From Rebecca billardiae RCC1528 (lineage: Eukaryota; Protista; Haptophyta), in contig OZ251223.1 in assembly GCA_965240325.2 (NCBI GenBank), forward strand, positions 1,364,001-1,428,000: a stretch of 64,000 nucleotides of DNA. The letters run 5' to 3'. Under the pieces are notes generated by a model, which ran no database searches, was not told the origin of the DNA, and saw nothing but the letters and a program-made list of their open reading frames with translations. Numbering within the stretch: the first letter of the stretch is position 1; every line of letters starts with the position of its first letter. Shown here one piece after another: positions 30,300 to 42,600 of this stretch. The position numbers and the translations under genes were made by a program.

Positions 30300-32404
30300 C
30301 CACGTTCCGCGGTCCTTCCGTAGAACCAACGCAGTTAGGGGCCCGCGGTGCACCCTCCGTCGGCTGCTCGGCTGCTCAATGTCGTATGAAGATTTATAAT
30401 GGGCCAGGCCCAGTGGCAGTGGCAGTCTGCGAGACGCGTCGCAAGTTGGCAGTCCAGCTTGCCCGCCGCGTGCGCCGCGGCCGCGATCTCGTCGCCGTCC
30501 ATGTCCTCGAACAGCTTCAGCTTGGCGGCGTTGGCGATGCGTCGGGACTTGGCACGCTCGTCCGATTTGTTCATCGCACCCGCCGCCGCGGCGCCGCCCT
30601 CGTCCCGCTGCTTGCGCTTGCCGAGGCGGTTGGAGTTGCCGCGCATCGATCGACCGCGAGCGCGCCGCGTGCGCGCATGCGCCGCCGCCCCGGTGCGCTC
30701 CGCTGCCAGCGCCTTGCGTACCTTACGGCGCCGAAAACGGATCCGGCGCTCAGCGTTGCGCAGCGCGCGTGTGTCCTGGTCGCACGCCTCGCACACGAGC
30801 AGCAGCGCCAGCGCCATCTGCGCGTCCTCGTCGACCTCGGCCGAGTGCAGCGTCACGGGCGCGCCGCCCGCGCGTGCCGCCATCTCCTCGCGCTGCAGCT
30901 GCTCTGCGATGGCGCGGTCGCTGCGCAGCTGCTCGGCCAGCGGGTCGGGCGCGGCGGAGCGCTGCTCGCGCAGGCGGAGCGCGGCGGCGGACGTACTCCT
31001 CCAGCGCGGCCTACTCGTCGTTCAGCGGCGCGCCGGGCCGGCAGCGCGCCCGTGATCGCCGACCGTCCGACCGAGAGCCGCGCGCGGCCATGTGTGCGCG
31101 CAGCTCCGCCGTCTCCTCCTACGAGAGCATGCCTGCGCGGCGGCGGCGGCGGCGCGGCCGGGGTAGCGCATGCGCGAGGTGCGTCAACAGTCAGCGCCGT
31201 ACGGCTGGTCGGCGCGCCACGTGCCCGTCGCGCGCGCACGCGCGCGCGCGCGCCGCGCACAGAGCTGAGAGCAGCGACGCCGGCAGCTGCAGGTTGTGAG
31301 GGGCCGCCACGCTCATCGTCGCGACGCGGAAGACGATCTTGAGCACGTGGGAGAACGGGCCCGACGCGTCCTTGCGCTGCACGAAGATCAGCTGCTTCAT
31401 CGGTGGCACCACCGCCGCCATCAGCTGGCCCCTCACGTGCACCAGCTTGGCCAGGCGCGGCGAGCGACCACCTCCAGCGGCCAGGCGGAGTTGACCGGCC
31501 TTGGCGACAGGGTCCACGCGCCACACCGTCTTGGTGCGCGAGTCCCACGCGCCCGGAAGCGACGCCTGCGTGGTCTGCGCGTCGGGCAGGTCGAGAAGAT
31601 GCGCCTCACCATGATCAGGCTCAGCGCCTCGATCACCACCTGCTGGCTGCTTCGCCGTGTCGATCCGATCTTGGCACGCCTTGCTCGCACACGGTCGCGT
31701 GTCTCATGCCCACCACCTTGGTTAGCACGTGGCAGCGGCGGTCCTGGATGCGCTGATGCACCTGGCCCGAGAGCAGCGGGTTGTTGCAGCTCGGGCAGAA
31801 CGCCCGCACCGCCATCTGCGGCGCCAGCACCTGCTCCTTCGCGTCGCGCAGTGTCGAAGTCGTCACGCGGCCTGCGGTCCGCGCGTGCACGCGGTAGAGT
31901 TTCGCCCGGTGTCGTTTCAGAACGGCCCGATGTCGTGCGTCCCCAAGCGCATCAACGCGTTCCGCATGCCGAGCCGGTTCGCGTGCGCGTCCGCGCGCGC
32001 CCGCCGCCGCGTCGCCGGCGTTTGACTGCGGGTCGAGAGGTCCACTGGTCATCGACTCATCGCGGGGAGCGATCGCCGGACCGCCCAGTCCGGAGTCCGG
32101 ATCACTGTCATTGTCTGGTGCTGGGCGGAGTCCGGCCCCGGGCATTACCACAATGGCGCAGATTCGTTTACTGACAATGTGACGGCCGTCCAACGACATA
32201 CGCGGAATGACCCGGGCGCGGCCTTTTAAGCTTGGGATGGACAGCATTGTACCGTACCCCTCAAAAAATCGAAAACTCACCCTCCAACAACCCTAAAAAT
32301 CGTCACCCGTCCCCTTTTCTTTGATCAAAAGATCTTTTTGACAACGTAGTGAGGGCCCCCGGTGGGGCTCCACGCTATGCGCTCCGCCCTGCACCGCGGG
32401 CCAT
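30296..32404 (-). mobile_element. Helitron2/Helentron-like element, family B, copy 1, with degraded cargo gene
   Basis: 5' end atggcccgcggtgcagggcggagc is shared with 58377 and 63392. Its 13-bp inverted copy lies about 45 bp inside the other end (30340-30352), followed by the terminal hairpin gaccgcg-gaa-cgtggtc. Confidence 0.7.
30335..32145 (-). pseudogene. Frameshifted cargo gene with CxxC and UIM/MIU-like motifs
   Basis: Coding-like segments in different frames: FCPSCNNPLL; WDSRTKTVWRVDPVAK...LIFVQRKDASGPFSHVLKIVF; DRAIAEQLQREE; DEDAQMALAL; basic tail. No continuous frame. Confidence 0.5.
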
Positions 32405-33519
32405 TAATAAATGATAATGGCCGGCGGACATTATTGATTATAACTCGACTACGCGGTAGGGAATATTGGTAGACGTAGTAGTGGGCAGCAGCTCAACGAC
32501 AGCGAGTCCGACTCAAACGCGGGCGGGCCTGTCGTGACTGACTGACGACTGCCTGGCACTCGTCGGGGTCACTCCACACGTCGGAGCGGTATCAGCTGCT
32601 CGCGGCTCGTGCCACTGCCTGCACCCGCCCACGACCTAGTGGCCGCATTGGCTGTCCGTGCGACCGCGCATAGCCAGGCACTACTACGGCCCGCGCGTTC
32701 CGCCTGGCGGGGACGGGGGACGGGGAGGCTCGGACCCGTGCCTCGGTCGTCTCGGGCAGTCCCTCTGGTTCGGGTCAGTCGTCATTCCGGGACGGTCGGC
32801 AGGCAAGGCTGGGCCGGTCATGTCGGTGAGTGCGAGCCGAGCGATGACTCACCGCTCGACGCCGACTGACAGTCACTCTACTGCTGGCGCCAGTCTCCGA
32901 TCACCGGCAGTCGTCGTCCGTCCGCTATCGGCTATAGTCTCATCATCATCATCAACGCCCGGCCGCCGCGCGGCCGATTATTATCACGACTCATCATCGC
33001 GTCGTCCGCGGCGTCACTAACTACTGCTGATGATGATATATGATATAGGGGGGCCAAACCGCCGCCCATTCAAAAAATGAAAAGCAAAGCCGCGTCGCAT
33101 TTTCGCTCCACCCTCGGCCTTTTAGGGTGACGCGGAGCCTTTTTCTCGGACCTCGCTCGAAAATGGAGCTCCGACGCCTTCGGACGCTCAGAGCAGAGCT
33201 CGGTTCCGCTCCAGCAAGAGCGGCCGGAGGCAGTGGACCGCCGCGCGCTCGCGACCTATGAGACGCCGAGATGGTCTCGGGTGCGCGCGCGCGTGACGCT
33301 GGTGGGCGCTCACCACCCGCTTCTTGGCCACCTCGCGCCGTGCGCGGCGCGCGGCGGCCGGCTTGCTCATGATGATTTCCCCGTGATGAAAGAGAATAAA
33401 AAGAAAGCCCATCACGCCCGTCCGGCCTCCGGCTGCGCCCAAGCTTCATCTCCTCCGTCGCGTGCGCCGCGCTTGACGCGTCCTGGACTTGGCGCCGACG
33501 CTTGTCGGCTCGTGCGCAC

Positions 33520-35307
33520 ATGAGCGCGGCGGGCTCGGACCTGTGCAACTACTTCTTCGCCTACTACACGAAGAAAAACGTGCAGGTGCGCGATTGGCGC
33601 CTCGGCCTCTTGTATTACGGCGCCGTCTTTGTGTCGATCGTGTACGTGCTGCTCGACGTGCTCGTGCTGCGCAAGGGCTTCTTGGTGTTCGAGCCCATCG
33701 TCGGGGTCGTGCGCATTGACCTGCGCGGAGACGGCAGCGCGCTTGCACCAGCCGCATCGTACCACTACTGCCCGGACACGTTTGCATCGAACGACACGGC
33801 ACTCGAGCCCAACGGCACGGCAGTCGAGTCATCGCTCGCCGCCAGGTGGCGTGCGAATGCCTCCTTGGCGGGGCAATCGGCTGCGAACGTCCCGGCTGTG
33901 CGTGTGCGGGATGGCAGCGCCTCGACCGAGGACGCCGCCGCGCTCAGTCGTGCGGCTGCGAACGGTTCGGCAGCGGGCGTGCGGTCCGCTAATGTCACGG
34001 CGCAGGCGGCCGACGCGCCCGCCAGCCGCGCGGCGCTCGGAGGCGGGGCGCTGCGGATCGGCTGCCTGCCCATGGACGAGCACGATCTCGTGTACCCGCC
34101 GCACGAGGAGTCGGCCATCTTCGTGACGACACGGCTCGTGGAGCTGGACGAGGAGCACTCGTGCCTGCCTGACGTGGACTGCCCGGGCACGGCCGTGTGG
34201 CGCTCGGTCGAGGTGGACGCTGACTACGCGCTCGGCGTCGAGCACTTCAACCTCACGATCATGCACGACATCTTCACGCACGCGTCGACGGAGATGGACG
34301 GCACCCTGCGCACGGAGGACGAGCAGGTGGTGGCGCGGATGCCCAAGGGCAAGGTCACGCCGCTCACGCTCGAGCAGCTGCTGCGCGCAGCGGGCGTGAG
34401 CCTCGACAGTGTCTCTGGCTCTGCCCTCGAGGGGCCGACACTCGGCGGCTTGGGCGAGCCCGGTGGCCCGCCGCCCACGCTGCGTGACACGGGCGTCATC
34501 CTCGCGCTCATGATCCAGTACACGAACACGTACACGCCGCTCTTCCCCGCGCGCGACCCGGTCTTCATCATGCACGTGCGCGCCATGCACGACTCCGCCT
34601 TCTCCGTCGACGAGGTGGACTACCAGCCGATCATCGGGCACAACCGCACGAAGCGGCGCACGCGCACCGTGCGGCATCGCGCAGGCGTGCGCATAAAGGC
34701 GTTCCAGACGGGGAAGATCGGCGAGTTCTCGTTCCGCAAGCTCCTGCTCAGCATCGCGTCCGGCCTGGTGATCATCGGCACCGCGCGCGTGTGCGTGGAC
34801 ATGCTCGCGATCTACGTCCTCGCCGACAGCGAGCGCTACTGGTCGTACTTGGTCGAGGAGACGGAGACGTACGCGGACGTGAAGGCGCGCAAGCGGCGCG
34901 CGCTGCACGTGCAGGCGAAGACCATGGGGCTGCTGCTCAGCCGCACGCAGACCGGGTACACGCTGAACCTGCCCTCGAGCCGTCGGCAGCCGCGCGGCCC
35001 GCTCGGCAGAGCGTTCGCGAGGCGGTTCGGCTCGAAGCACAGCGAGCACGTGGCCGCGCACTGGGCAGCGATCAAGATTCAGCGCAAGTGGCGGCACAAA
35101 GCGCGCAAGTGGGTGGAGCGCACCCGCGGCGACAGCAGGGTCTCCTCTTCCGTGAGGGCTCGGCCGCGCGCGGCTGCAGCGCAGGTGCCACAGGATCTCG
35201 AGCGTCTGCGCGACCCGCCCTCGCTCGCACTCGGGCCCAACTCGTCCATGGGCCCGCAGGATGGCTACAATAACGGCGGAAGCAATCCGCAGTGGACGCT
35301 GCTGTGA
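33520..35307 (+). CDS. P2X receptor-like trimeric cation channel with C-terminal IQ motif
   Basis: N-terminal YYTKK (YxTxK), VRDWRLGLLYY plus TM1, Cys/N-glycosylation-rich ectodomain, GVRI...GKIGEFSF plus TM2 ending VD, tail AAIKIQRKWR. Confidence 0.88.
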   Translation: MSAAGSDLCNYFFAYYTKKNVQVRDWRLGLLYYGAVFVSIVYVLLDVLVLRKGFLVFEPIVGVVRIDLRGDGSALAPAASYHYCPDTFASNDTALEPNGTAVESSLAARWRANASLAGQSAANVPAVRVRDGSASTEDAAALSRAAANGSAAGVRSANVTAQAADAPASRAALGGGALRIGCLPMDEHDLVYPPHEESAIFVTTRLVELDEEHSCLPDVDCPGTAVWRSVEVDADYALGVEHFNLTIMHDIFTHASTEMDGTLRTEDEQVVARMPKGKVTPLTLEQLLRAAGVSLDSVSGSALEGPTLGGLGEPGGPPPTLRDTGVILALMIQYTNTYTPLFPARDPVFIMHVRAMHDSAFSVDEVDYQPIIGHNRTKRRTRTVRHRAGVRIKAFQTGKIGEFSFRKLLLSIASGLVIIGTARVCVDMLAIYVLADSERYWSYLVEETETYADVKARKRRALHVQAKTMGLLLSRTQTGYTLNLPSSRRQPRGPLGRAFARRFGSKHSEHVAAHWAAIKIQRKWRHKARKWVERTRGDSRVSSSVRARPRAAAAQVPQDLERLRDPPSLALGPNSSMGPQDGYNNGGSNPQWTLL

Positions 35308-35574
35308 TAAGCTCGAGTCCATGCAGCCTTATTCAGTCCGGGCCGCTGGCTGATCCTGACGGACATGATGCATCCGAGGACACGACGTCACCGGGAACTC
35401 CGAAGATTCCGAGCGAAGAATGGCAGCGCGGTAGTCATCGTAGTATGTACTAATATATATGGCGCGCGGTTATTGAGTGTGTGCCCTCGACGAGTCGACG
35501 TCGACGATCGTCAGCAGGGCTGATAGCTAGTCAATTATAAGTCATCGTGATATGTATCGTATATATATATACAT

Positions 35575-35939
35575 ATATATTAACGACGTGGCAGCATCCG
35601 ACAAGCGTCAGGCTCAGAGTGCAACAGACACATAGAATGCGTCCGCGCCTTCCGTCCAGGTCAGACAGTGCGCCACCCGCAGCCCTGCCCCCCTACGGGA
35701 GCGGGGCCGGGATGGAGCACCGCCTCGGCCTGGGGCACGCGGCGGCGACATATATATATATATTTAACGACGTGGCGGCAGCAATAACGAACACGCGTCA
35801 GGCTCAGAGTGCAGCAGACACATAGAATGCGTCCGCGCCTTCCGTCCAGGTCAGACAGTGCGCCACCCGCAGCCCTGCCCCCCTACGGGAGCGGGGCCGG
35901 GGTGGAGCACCGCCTCGGCCTGGGGCACGCGGCGGCGAC
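35575..35939 (+). repeat. Tandem duplication of an approximately 185-bp unit, each copy preceded by a TA run
   Basis: 35575-35749 and 35755-35939 share aacgacgtggc...gcgtcaggctcagagtgc...ggggcacgcggcggcgac. Confidence 0.85.
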
Positions 35940-35995
35940 GGCAGATGCCGCCGCGGCCGAGCGCCTTCCGGAGCACTTGGATGCGGGTGAGGTCG

Positions 35996-35998
<3 letters not shown>

Positions 35999-36058
<60 letters not shown>
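35999..36058. repeat. (GA)n microsatellite
   Basis: Pure AG run. Confidence 0.98.
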
Positions 36059-36060
<2 letters not shown>

Positions 36061-36461
36061 ATTAGTCGTATAGCGTGTTAAATCAGACTGAGATGCCACG
36101 ACGAAGTTCGTCCTATATATTATATATGTCATATGTGGCGTTATAGCGGAGCTATCCGACTCCGAGGGTGTCCGGCGGCAACATAGGTGACTTGCCGCTG
36201 GTGGTCAAGAGCGCTGCCATTTTGCTGGCGCACCCGGCGCACAGTCTGGCACCGTCGCGGCTCAGTCGCTCTTCCCGGTATTCAGCCCGGAACCAAATCC
36301 CAACGGCAACGGCAACCTCCGAAGCCATAATACATCCTCATGTTTGTATATGATGTGTATTGTGTACCTGCGCATCGTGCCGATTAGCTGATGCAACTTC
36401 GGCAGCGGCTGAGTCGCTCTTTGTGCAGGAGGACACATATATGATATAGTAGCAGTAGTAC

Positions 36462-36617
<156 letters not shown>

Positions 36618-36700
36618 CCCCGACATGCGGGTGTTAAATTTGTCATCAACGACGGTGTCGTCGTCGCAGTGATGAGTATTCGTCAGCAGACGTTAATTCA

Positions 36701-38536
36701 TCAGGTCGTCGACCCCCCTCGCCGGCCGCCGCCGTTGCCGTGGCGCGTCGACGATGTGCCTTGGCGCCGCGCCTTCTTGCTCGCGGTGTTCAGCGTTCTC
36801 GCGCTTGGCGTGGGCAGCGCGAGCAGAGTGTCCACGTCCGGCACGGCGAGGTTCGTGTACTGGGTCGGGGCGACCACCTCGTCGTCGCTCTCGCCGCCCG
36901 AGTCCTCCAGCCCGATCGCAGAGCGCCAGCCCCAGCCCTGCACCCGACCGGCGGCGTCTGCAACCAGCGTGCTCAGAGGCCCCGCGTCCACCCAGAAGGC
37001 GCCGTCCAGCGCCGCGCGCACGCGGCGGGGCACGAGGCTCTCCGCGTCCGTGCACGGGCCGTGCCCGTTGGTCTCCCTGCGCTCGTCCGCGCCCTCCAGC
37101 TCGCTCGATTCCGGGTCGGTGCTGTTTCCCCACGTGTACACGGCGCCGTCCGCCGTCACGACCGCGGTGCCGCTCACGCCCGCAGACGCGCTCACGACAA
37201 ACACGCCGTTGAGCGCGGTGACGGGCGTCGGCTCCTCCCGAGGCTCGCGGTCGCCGTGGCCCAGCTGGCCGTCGTCGTTGCTGCCCCACGAGTACAGCGC
37301 GCCGTCCGCGCAGACGGCGACCGAGTGGTACTGCCCCGCGCTCGCGCCGACGACGGGCACGCCCACGAGCGCGGGCACGAGGCGCGGCAGCACGTGCTCG
37401 GCGGCGGCGGCGGCCCCTGCAAAGCCGAGCTGGCCGGCCTGGTTGAGCCCGCCCCACGCGAACAGGCGGTGCCGAGAGTCGACCGCGAGGTTTGCGTCGC
37501 CCCGCGCCGAGAGGGTGGTGATGCGCACACCGGCGAGCTCGGCGATCGGCCGCGGCGTGAACGCCGCTGACCAGTCCGCCTCCTCCGACGAGCCGGCGCC
37601 GCCCGGGCCGGCCGGCGCGAGCGTGCGGCCGATCGAGTGCGCGTCGCCGCACGAGTACACCTCGCCGCGCGCCGTGAGGAAGAGAGAGTGGCGCCAGCCG
37701 GCGGCGGCGGCGACGACCGGGATGTTCTCCAGCGCCTGCACGACCTTCGGCGCGTACCTCGGCTCCTCGTCGCCGTGGCCCAGCCGGCCTTCCTTCCCGC
37801 AGCCAAAGGTGTAGCAGCGGCCGAGCTCAGAGACGGCGACCGTGTGCACGTGGCCGGCAGAGACGGTCCGCATGCGCACCTGGCGGAGCGAGCCGACCAC
37901 GGTCGGCTCGAGCCCGGCGTCGACGTAGTACACGCCCAGCGCGCCGCCGAGGCCCAGGATCCCGGCCACGTCCTCGTCGGTGTACTCGTGCTCTTCGCGC
38001 GCGTCCGCCAGGTTGTCCTCGGTCACCTCCCCCCACACGAGGAGCTGGCGCGCCTTGCTCACCGCGACCGAGTGGAACTCGGACTGCGAGAAGACGGGCA
38101 CGCTCTGGAGCGAGCGTGCGCGCTCGTTGCGCACCATGGCCTGCACGCGCGCCGCGTGCGACTGCTCGGGCGGGAACTGGGTCGGCAGGCGCAGCTTCTC
38201 CGCGCGGATGCAAAGCGCGCGCTCGACGAGGCTGGTGTGCCGAGGCGGCGGATGGCCATGAATGAGCGTGCTCACGCGGCTCGCACGCGCCACGTCGGTC
38301 GGAGAGGGCAGGAAGCTGAGGATGAGCGCGATGAGCTCGTGCGGGAGCGACGAAAACGTCACAGGCTCGCTCGTCGGCGCGGCTGTCAGGCCGTGCCGCT
38401 GCTGTATGCGCGCGACGATCGCAGCAAGCTCGCCACCGAGCGCCTCGACGCACACCGCCTCCTCACGCTCCAGATCTGCCTCGCGCAGCGCCTCAACGGC
38501 GCGCCGAAGGGTTGTCACGGCCTGGTGCTCACTCAT
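36701..38536 (-). CDS. F-box and RCC1-repeat protein
   Basis: F-box FSSLPHELIALILSFLP...ASRVS. RCC1 repeats SAGHVHTVAV..G..YTFGCG..GRLGHGD and SAGQYHSVAV..DGALYSWGSNDDGQLGHGD. Confidence 0.9.
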   Translation of the reverse strand: MSEHQAVTTLRRAVEALREADLEREEAVCVEALGGELAAIVARIQQRHGLTAAPTSEPVTFSSLPHELIALILSFLPSPTDVARASRVSTLIHGHPPPRHTSLVERALCIRAEKLRLPTQFPPEQSHAARVQAMVRNERARSLQSVPVFSQSEFHSVAVSKARQLLVWGEVTEDNLADAREEHEYTDEDVAGILGLGGALGVYYVDAGLEPTVVGSLRQVRMRTVSAGHVHTVAVSELGRCYTFGCGKEGRLGHGDEEPRYAPKVVQALENIPVVAAAAGWRHSLFLTARGEVYSCGDAHSIGRTLAPAGPGGAGSSEEADWSAAFTPRPIAELAGVRITTLSARGDANLAVDSRHRLFAWGGLNQAGQLGFAGAAAAAEHVLPRLVPALVGVPVVGASAGQYHSVAVCADGALYSWGSNDDGQLGHGDREPREEPTPVTALNGVFVVSASAGVSGTAVVTADGAVYTWGNSTDPESSELEGADERRETNGHGPCTDAESLVPRRVRAALDGAFWVDAGPLSTLVADAAGRVQGWGWRSAIGLEDSGGESDDEVVAPTQYTNLAVPDVDTLLALPTPSARTLNTASKKARRQGTSSTRHGNGGGRRGGSTT

Positions 38537-38673
38537 CGCGGGCAGGAGTCGCACGTCGTCGGCCGTACAGTACAGGGCAGCGTCGTCGCCGGGCGGGCGG
38601 GCGCCAATCCAGGGCGGGCGTGAGAGCGCCGAGCAGGCTCACCGGACTGACTGGCGGCCCCGGCCGGAAAAGC

Positions 38674-39037
38674 ATGGCGACAACGCCTGCCGTTGCTGAG
38701 CCCAAGGTGCTGAGTGCGCCGAGGACGTTGGGACGCCCAATTTTCATCCTTGGTCTGACCATGCTCATCTTTGGCGTCGTGATGTTCTTCCTCGCCATCG
38801 ATGACGCGTGGAGAGAGCACCCAAGCAAGGTGCGCGCTGCGTCGTGGCGCCGCGCATGCCCCACGGGCAGGATCTGATCTGTGCGCGAGCCGCGGCGATG
38901 TGCGTGCTCTGCAGGAATTTGTGGATGCAGTGGCAATCGCTATGGGGCGAAATCACGTCATCTCGGCCAGCATGTTCGTCTGCACAGCAGCGATCATCTG
39001 GACGATACAGATGGCCTCCAATCACGACGACCTCTGA
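38674..39037 (+). CDS. Small two-TM membrane protein, 2 exons (intron 38830-38914)
   Basis: AAG|GTGCGC...TGCAG|GAA joins IFILGLTMLIFGVVMFFLAI..HPSK to EFVDAV..SMFVCTAAIIWTI..DDL* in frame. Confidence 0.7.
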
Positions 39038-39644
39038 ACTCGTGATTGCGGAGCGCGCTTGTGCTCAGCAAGCTCTCCAGCAACGAGCTCCGCCGAGATG
39101 GCAGTACTGTAAGTGACTCGAACTGGAACACCACTTCGTGACACGGATCTGCTCACGAATAGAGATGCTGAGCAGCGGCGCCCATGGCGGGTCAAGGATG
39201 GAACACGACGACTTTTATTTGTTGAAGCGTTCCCGAGAGTGTAGCACAGGACGACCGGTCGTGTCGATCCAAATACTCTGTTTCCAATGCCGCCGGGGCT
39301 CTGGGACTGCTGGACGGCGAGACAGTCACAGCCGGTCCTCTTGTCGCCCCCCCGCCGCGTTCAGGCCTGCAAGATCATGCGAGGACGTCGTCGTCGACAT
39401 AGCTAGACCGTAAGCTAGGTAGACGGCGCCAGCGCGGCGCTCAAAATATATTGGCTTCAAATGCGAGACCTTTTGGATATGCCCCCTTTTTCGGTGATTT
39501 TTCTCGTCATCACTTCTTCCGATCATATCGGTAAAAAAGGGCGCGACGACCTGCCAACGGATCGCCGCTGCTGACCAGCGGCCGCTGCCGTGACGGCGTG
39601 ACCACTCAAAGGCCGTCGCGTCGCGAGCGAGGACCACGGCCCGC

Positions 39645-42600
39645 ATGCAGGTGACGACGGCGATCGCCGACGTGCTGCCGCCCAAGTACCACGAGGCCTT
39701 CGGGCACCAGACGCTCAACCGGCTTCAGTCGGCGCTTGCAGCCGAGACGCTCGAGAGCGATCAGCATCTCGTCGTGTCTGCGCCGACCGCGTCCGGCAAG
39801 ACCGGCGTCTTTGAGCTCACGCTGCTTCGCATGCTCGAGACCGAGGCCTCGGGCAAGGCGCTGTACCTCGCTCCTCTCAAGTCGCTTGTGAGCGAGCGCG
39901 CCAGCGACTGGAAGACGCGGTACTCTGCGCTCGGCGTCGCTGTCGAGGAGCTGACGAGCGACACAGATCCGGATGATGGCACTGCCGAGCTGGCGTACGT
40001 CACGGTCGAGCGCCTGCAGGCCGCGAGGCTGATTGTGGCCACAAGCGAGAAGTGGGACTCGTGGTCGAGGCTGCACCGTGGGACGCAATCGGTGATCGGC
40101 CACGTCGCACTCCTCGGCATTGACGAGGTGCACATGCTCGGAGACACGCGCGGCCCCACCATCGAGGCCGTGGTCGCGCGCATGCGCACGATCGCGCGCG
40201 CGCCTGAGGTCGCGCAGCTGCCGCTCTCGCGCCTGCGCATCGTCGCGCTGTCGGCGACCATCCCGAACACCGATACGCTCGGACGCTGGCTCGGCGACGG
40301 CACGGCGCTGCGCACGTTTGGCGCCGAGTATCGCCCGACGCCGCTCAGCGTGACCGTGCACGGCTACCGCTGCACGGTGCCTGCGCGCTTCGACGAGAAC
40401 ATGCTGCTGCCCGCGCTCCCGGGCGTGCTGCGTGAACACTCGGGCGGACGCCCTGCGCTCGTATTCTGCGCCTCTCGCAAGCTCACCGCGCGCGTCGCGG
40501 ACGACCTGGCCAAGGCGCGCGCGTACTCGCCGACAGACGACGCGGTGGCTGTCGCTTCGAGCGGCGAGGTGAGCGCGCGCCTGGCCGCGCTGTTGCGCGC
40601 CGGCGTAGCGTATCACGAGGCGAACATGCCCGCGTCCGATCGGCGCGCAGTCGAGCAGCTCTTCGCGCGTGGCGGGCTCCGCGTGCTCTGCGCGACGAGC
40701 GGCCTCGCCCTCGGCGTCAACCTGCCGGCCCACCTAGTCGTGATCCTGGGCACTTCGAGGTACTCTGGCGCGGGCGTGGGCTTTGTCGACCTGAGTGCAG
40801 CCGAAGTGCTGCAGATGGCGGGCCGTGCTGGACGGCCGCAGTTCGACGAGGAGGGCAAGTGCGTGGTGATGACGTCCGAGAGCTCCTCCGCGCGGTACGA
40901 GAACCTGCTCAACGGCCTACTGCCCGTCTGCTCGCAGCTGCACACCAAGCTCGTCGAGCACCTCAACGCCGAGGCGACGACCGCGTCGTACATGCGCGAC
41001 GTGTCCGTCGCGCTCTCGTTCGTCAAGGACACGTTTTTGTACCAGTGCGCGCTCGATCCGGAGCTGCGCCACCGGTACGGGCTGGCGCGCGACATGCCGG
41101 CGGCGGAGGTGGACGCGCAGGTCGAGCGGCTGTGCCGCACGCAGCTCGAGCGCCTCGCCATGGGCGGCATGATCGCGCACTCGCCCGAAGGCGAGGTCGA
41201 GGCGCGCGCGGCGGGACGCATCATGGCGCGGCACTCGGTGCGCTTCCCGTCGATGGTCTGCCTCGCGCGCGCCGACGGCGCCGACGGCGCGGCGGCGGGC
41301 GATGCGACGAGCGTCGCCGCCGGCGCGAGCGTGCCCGCGCTCCTGCGCGCGCTCGCGCAGTGCGCAGAGCTCCACGACCCGCTCCGCCGCGACGAGAAGA
41401 CCAAGCTGTTCGAGCTGCACCAGGCGGTGCGCTTTGCTGACGTCGACGCAAAGGGGCGGCCGACCAAGGTGGGCAGCGTGCAGCTCAAGACGTGCTTGCT
41501 GCTCCAGGCGCGGTGCGGCGCGCTTCATGTCGACAGCGCGTTCAGCACGGCGGTCTCGCGCGTGGCGAGCGAGAGCCTGCGCCTGCTGCGCGCCGTCGCC
41601 GCCCTGGGCGCCGAGCGCAAGGACGCCCGCACGTGCGTGCACGCGCACTTGCTCGCGCGGTGCGTGAGCCGCGCGGCGGGCTGGGGCGACGAGCCAAGCA
41701 AGACGCTCACGCAGCTCGCCGGCATCGGGCAGGTGCTCGCCGACAGGCTCGTCGCTGCGGGCGTTTCTGGCTTCGGCGACATCCTGCGCGCGCGCGCCCC
41801 GCAGCTCGACGCGGCGTGCTTCAAGCGCGCCCCGTTCGGCGAGGAGCTGCAGCGCGTCGTGCGGCGCATTCCGCGCGCCGAGCTGACCGTCTCGCAGACG
41901 TCGCACGGCGATGGCGCCGCCGCCGGCAGTGGCGGCAGCGGCGCGCTCGAGGTGCGCATCGGTGTGTCGTGCATCGGCGACCTCGAGCTCGGCGCGGGCG
42001 CGGCTCGCGAGGACACGCGCTTTGTGCTCGTCGTGGGCACGGAGGACAACACGCTTCTGCTGCAGCAGAGTTTCAAGATCAGCCGCGCGGGCGAGCAGCT
42101 CTCGTGGCGTGTCGATGGCGGCGTGCTGCGGCGTGCGCCCGCGCCCGTCACGCTGCGCGTCCGCCTGATGCACGACCACTACGTCGGGGCGGATATCGAG
42201 GCGACGGTGCGCGTTGGACCCGGCCTGTGCGACTTTGAGGAGTCCCTCCGCGAGGTCACCGTGCCGCTGCATCTGGCTGCGTGCCCCAAGCCGGAGTCCA
42301 AGCCGCCTCCAAGCAACCCAGGTGGCAGGGCGGCGAGCGGCGCCGGCCAACGCGCCAGCGCACCCGCTGCATCCAACGCAAAGCGCATCACTGCTCGTGT
42401 GGTGCCACCGCCGCAGACCGCCGCCGACACGATGCGAGCTGCGGTGGGTGGGCGCGCGCAGGCCGTGCCCCGCGCCTCGCCGGCGGCGAGCGCGGCAACA
42501 GGGCGTGCCGGGTCCGCGCCCGTGGCTTGCGCCTCGGCCGCAGCCGCCTCAGCAACCGCCGCCGCGTCAGCGCAGCCGGCTGCAGCAGGCTGCGCGGCGC

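Noticed and set aside
30296-32404. Fanzor/TnpB or IS200/IS605-type element
   Set aside because: Hairpin ends are present, but no RuvC motifs, C-terminal zinc finger or HUH/serine recombinase could be read in any frame.
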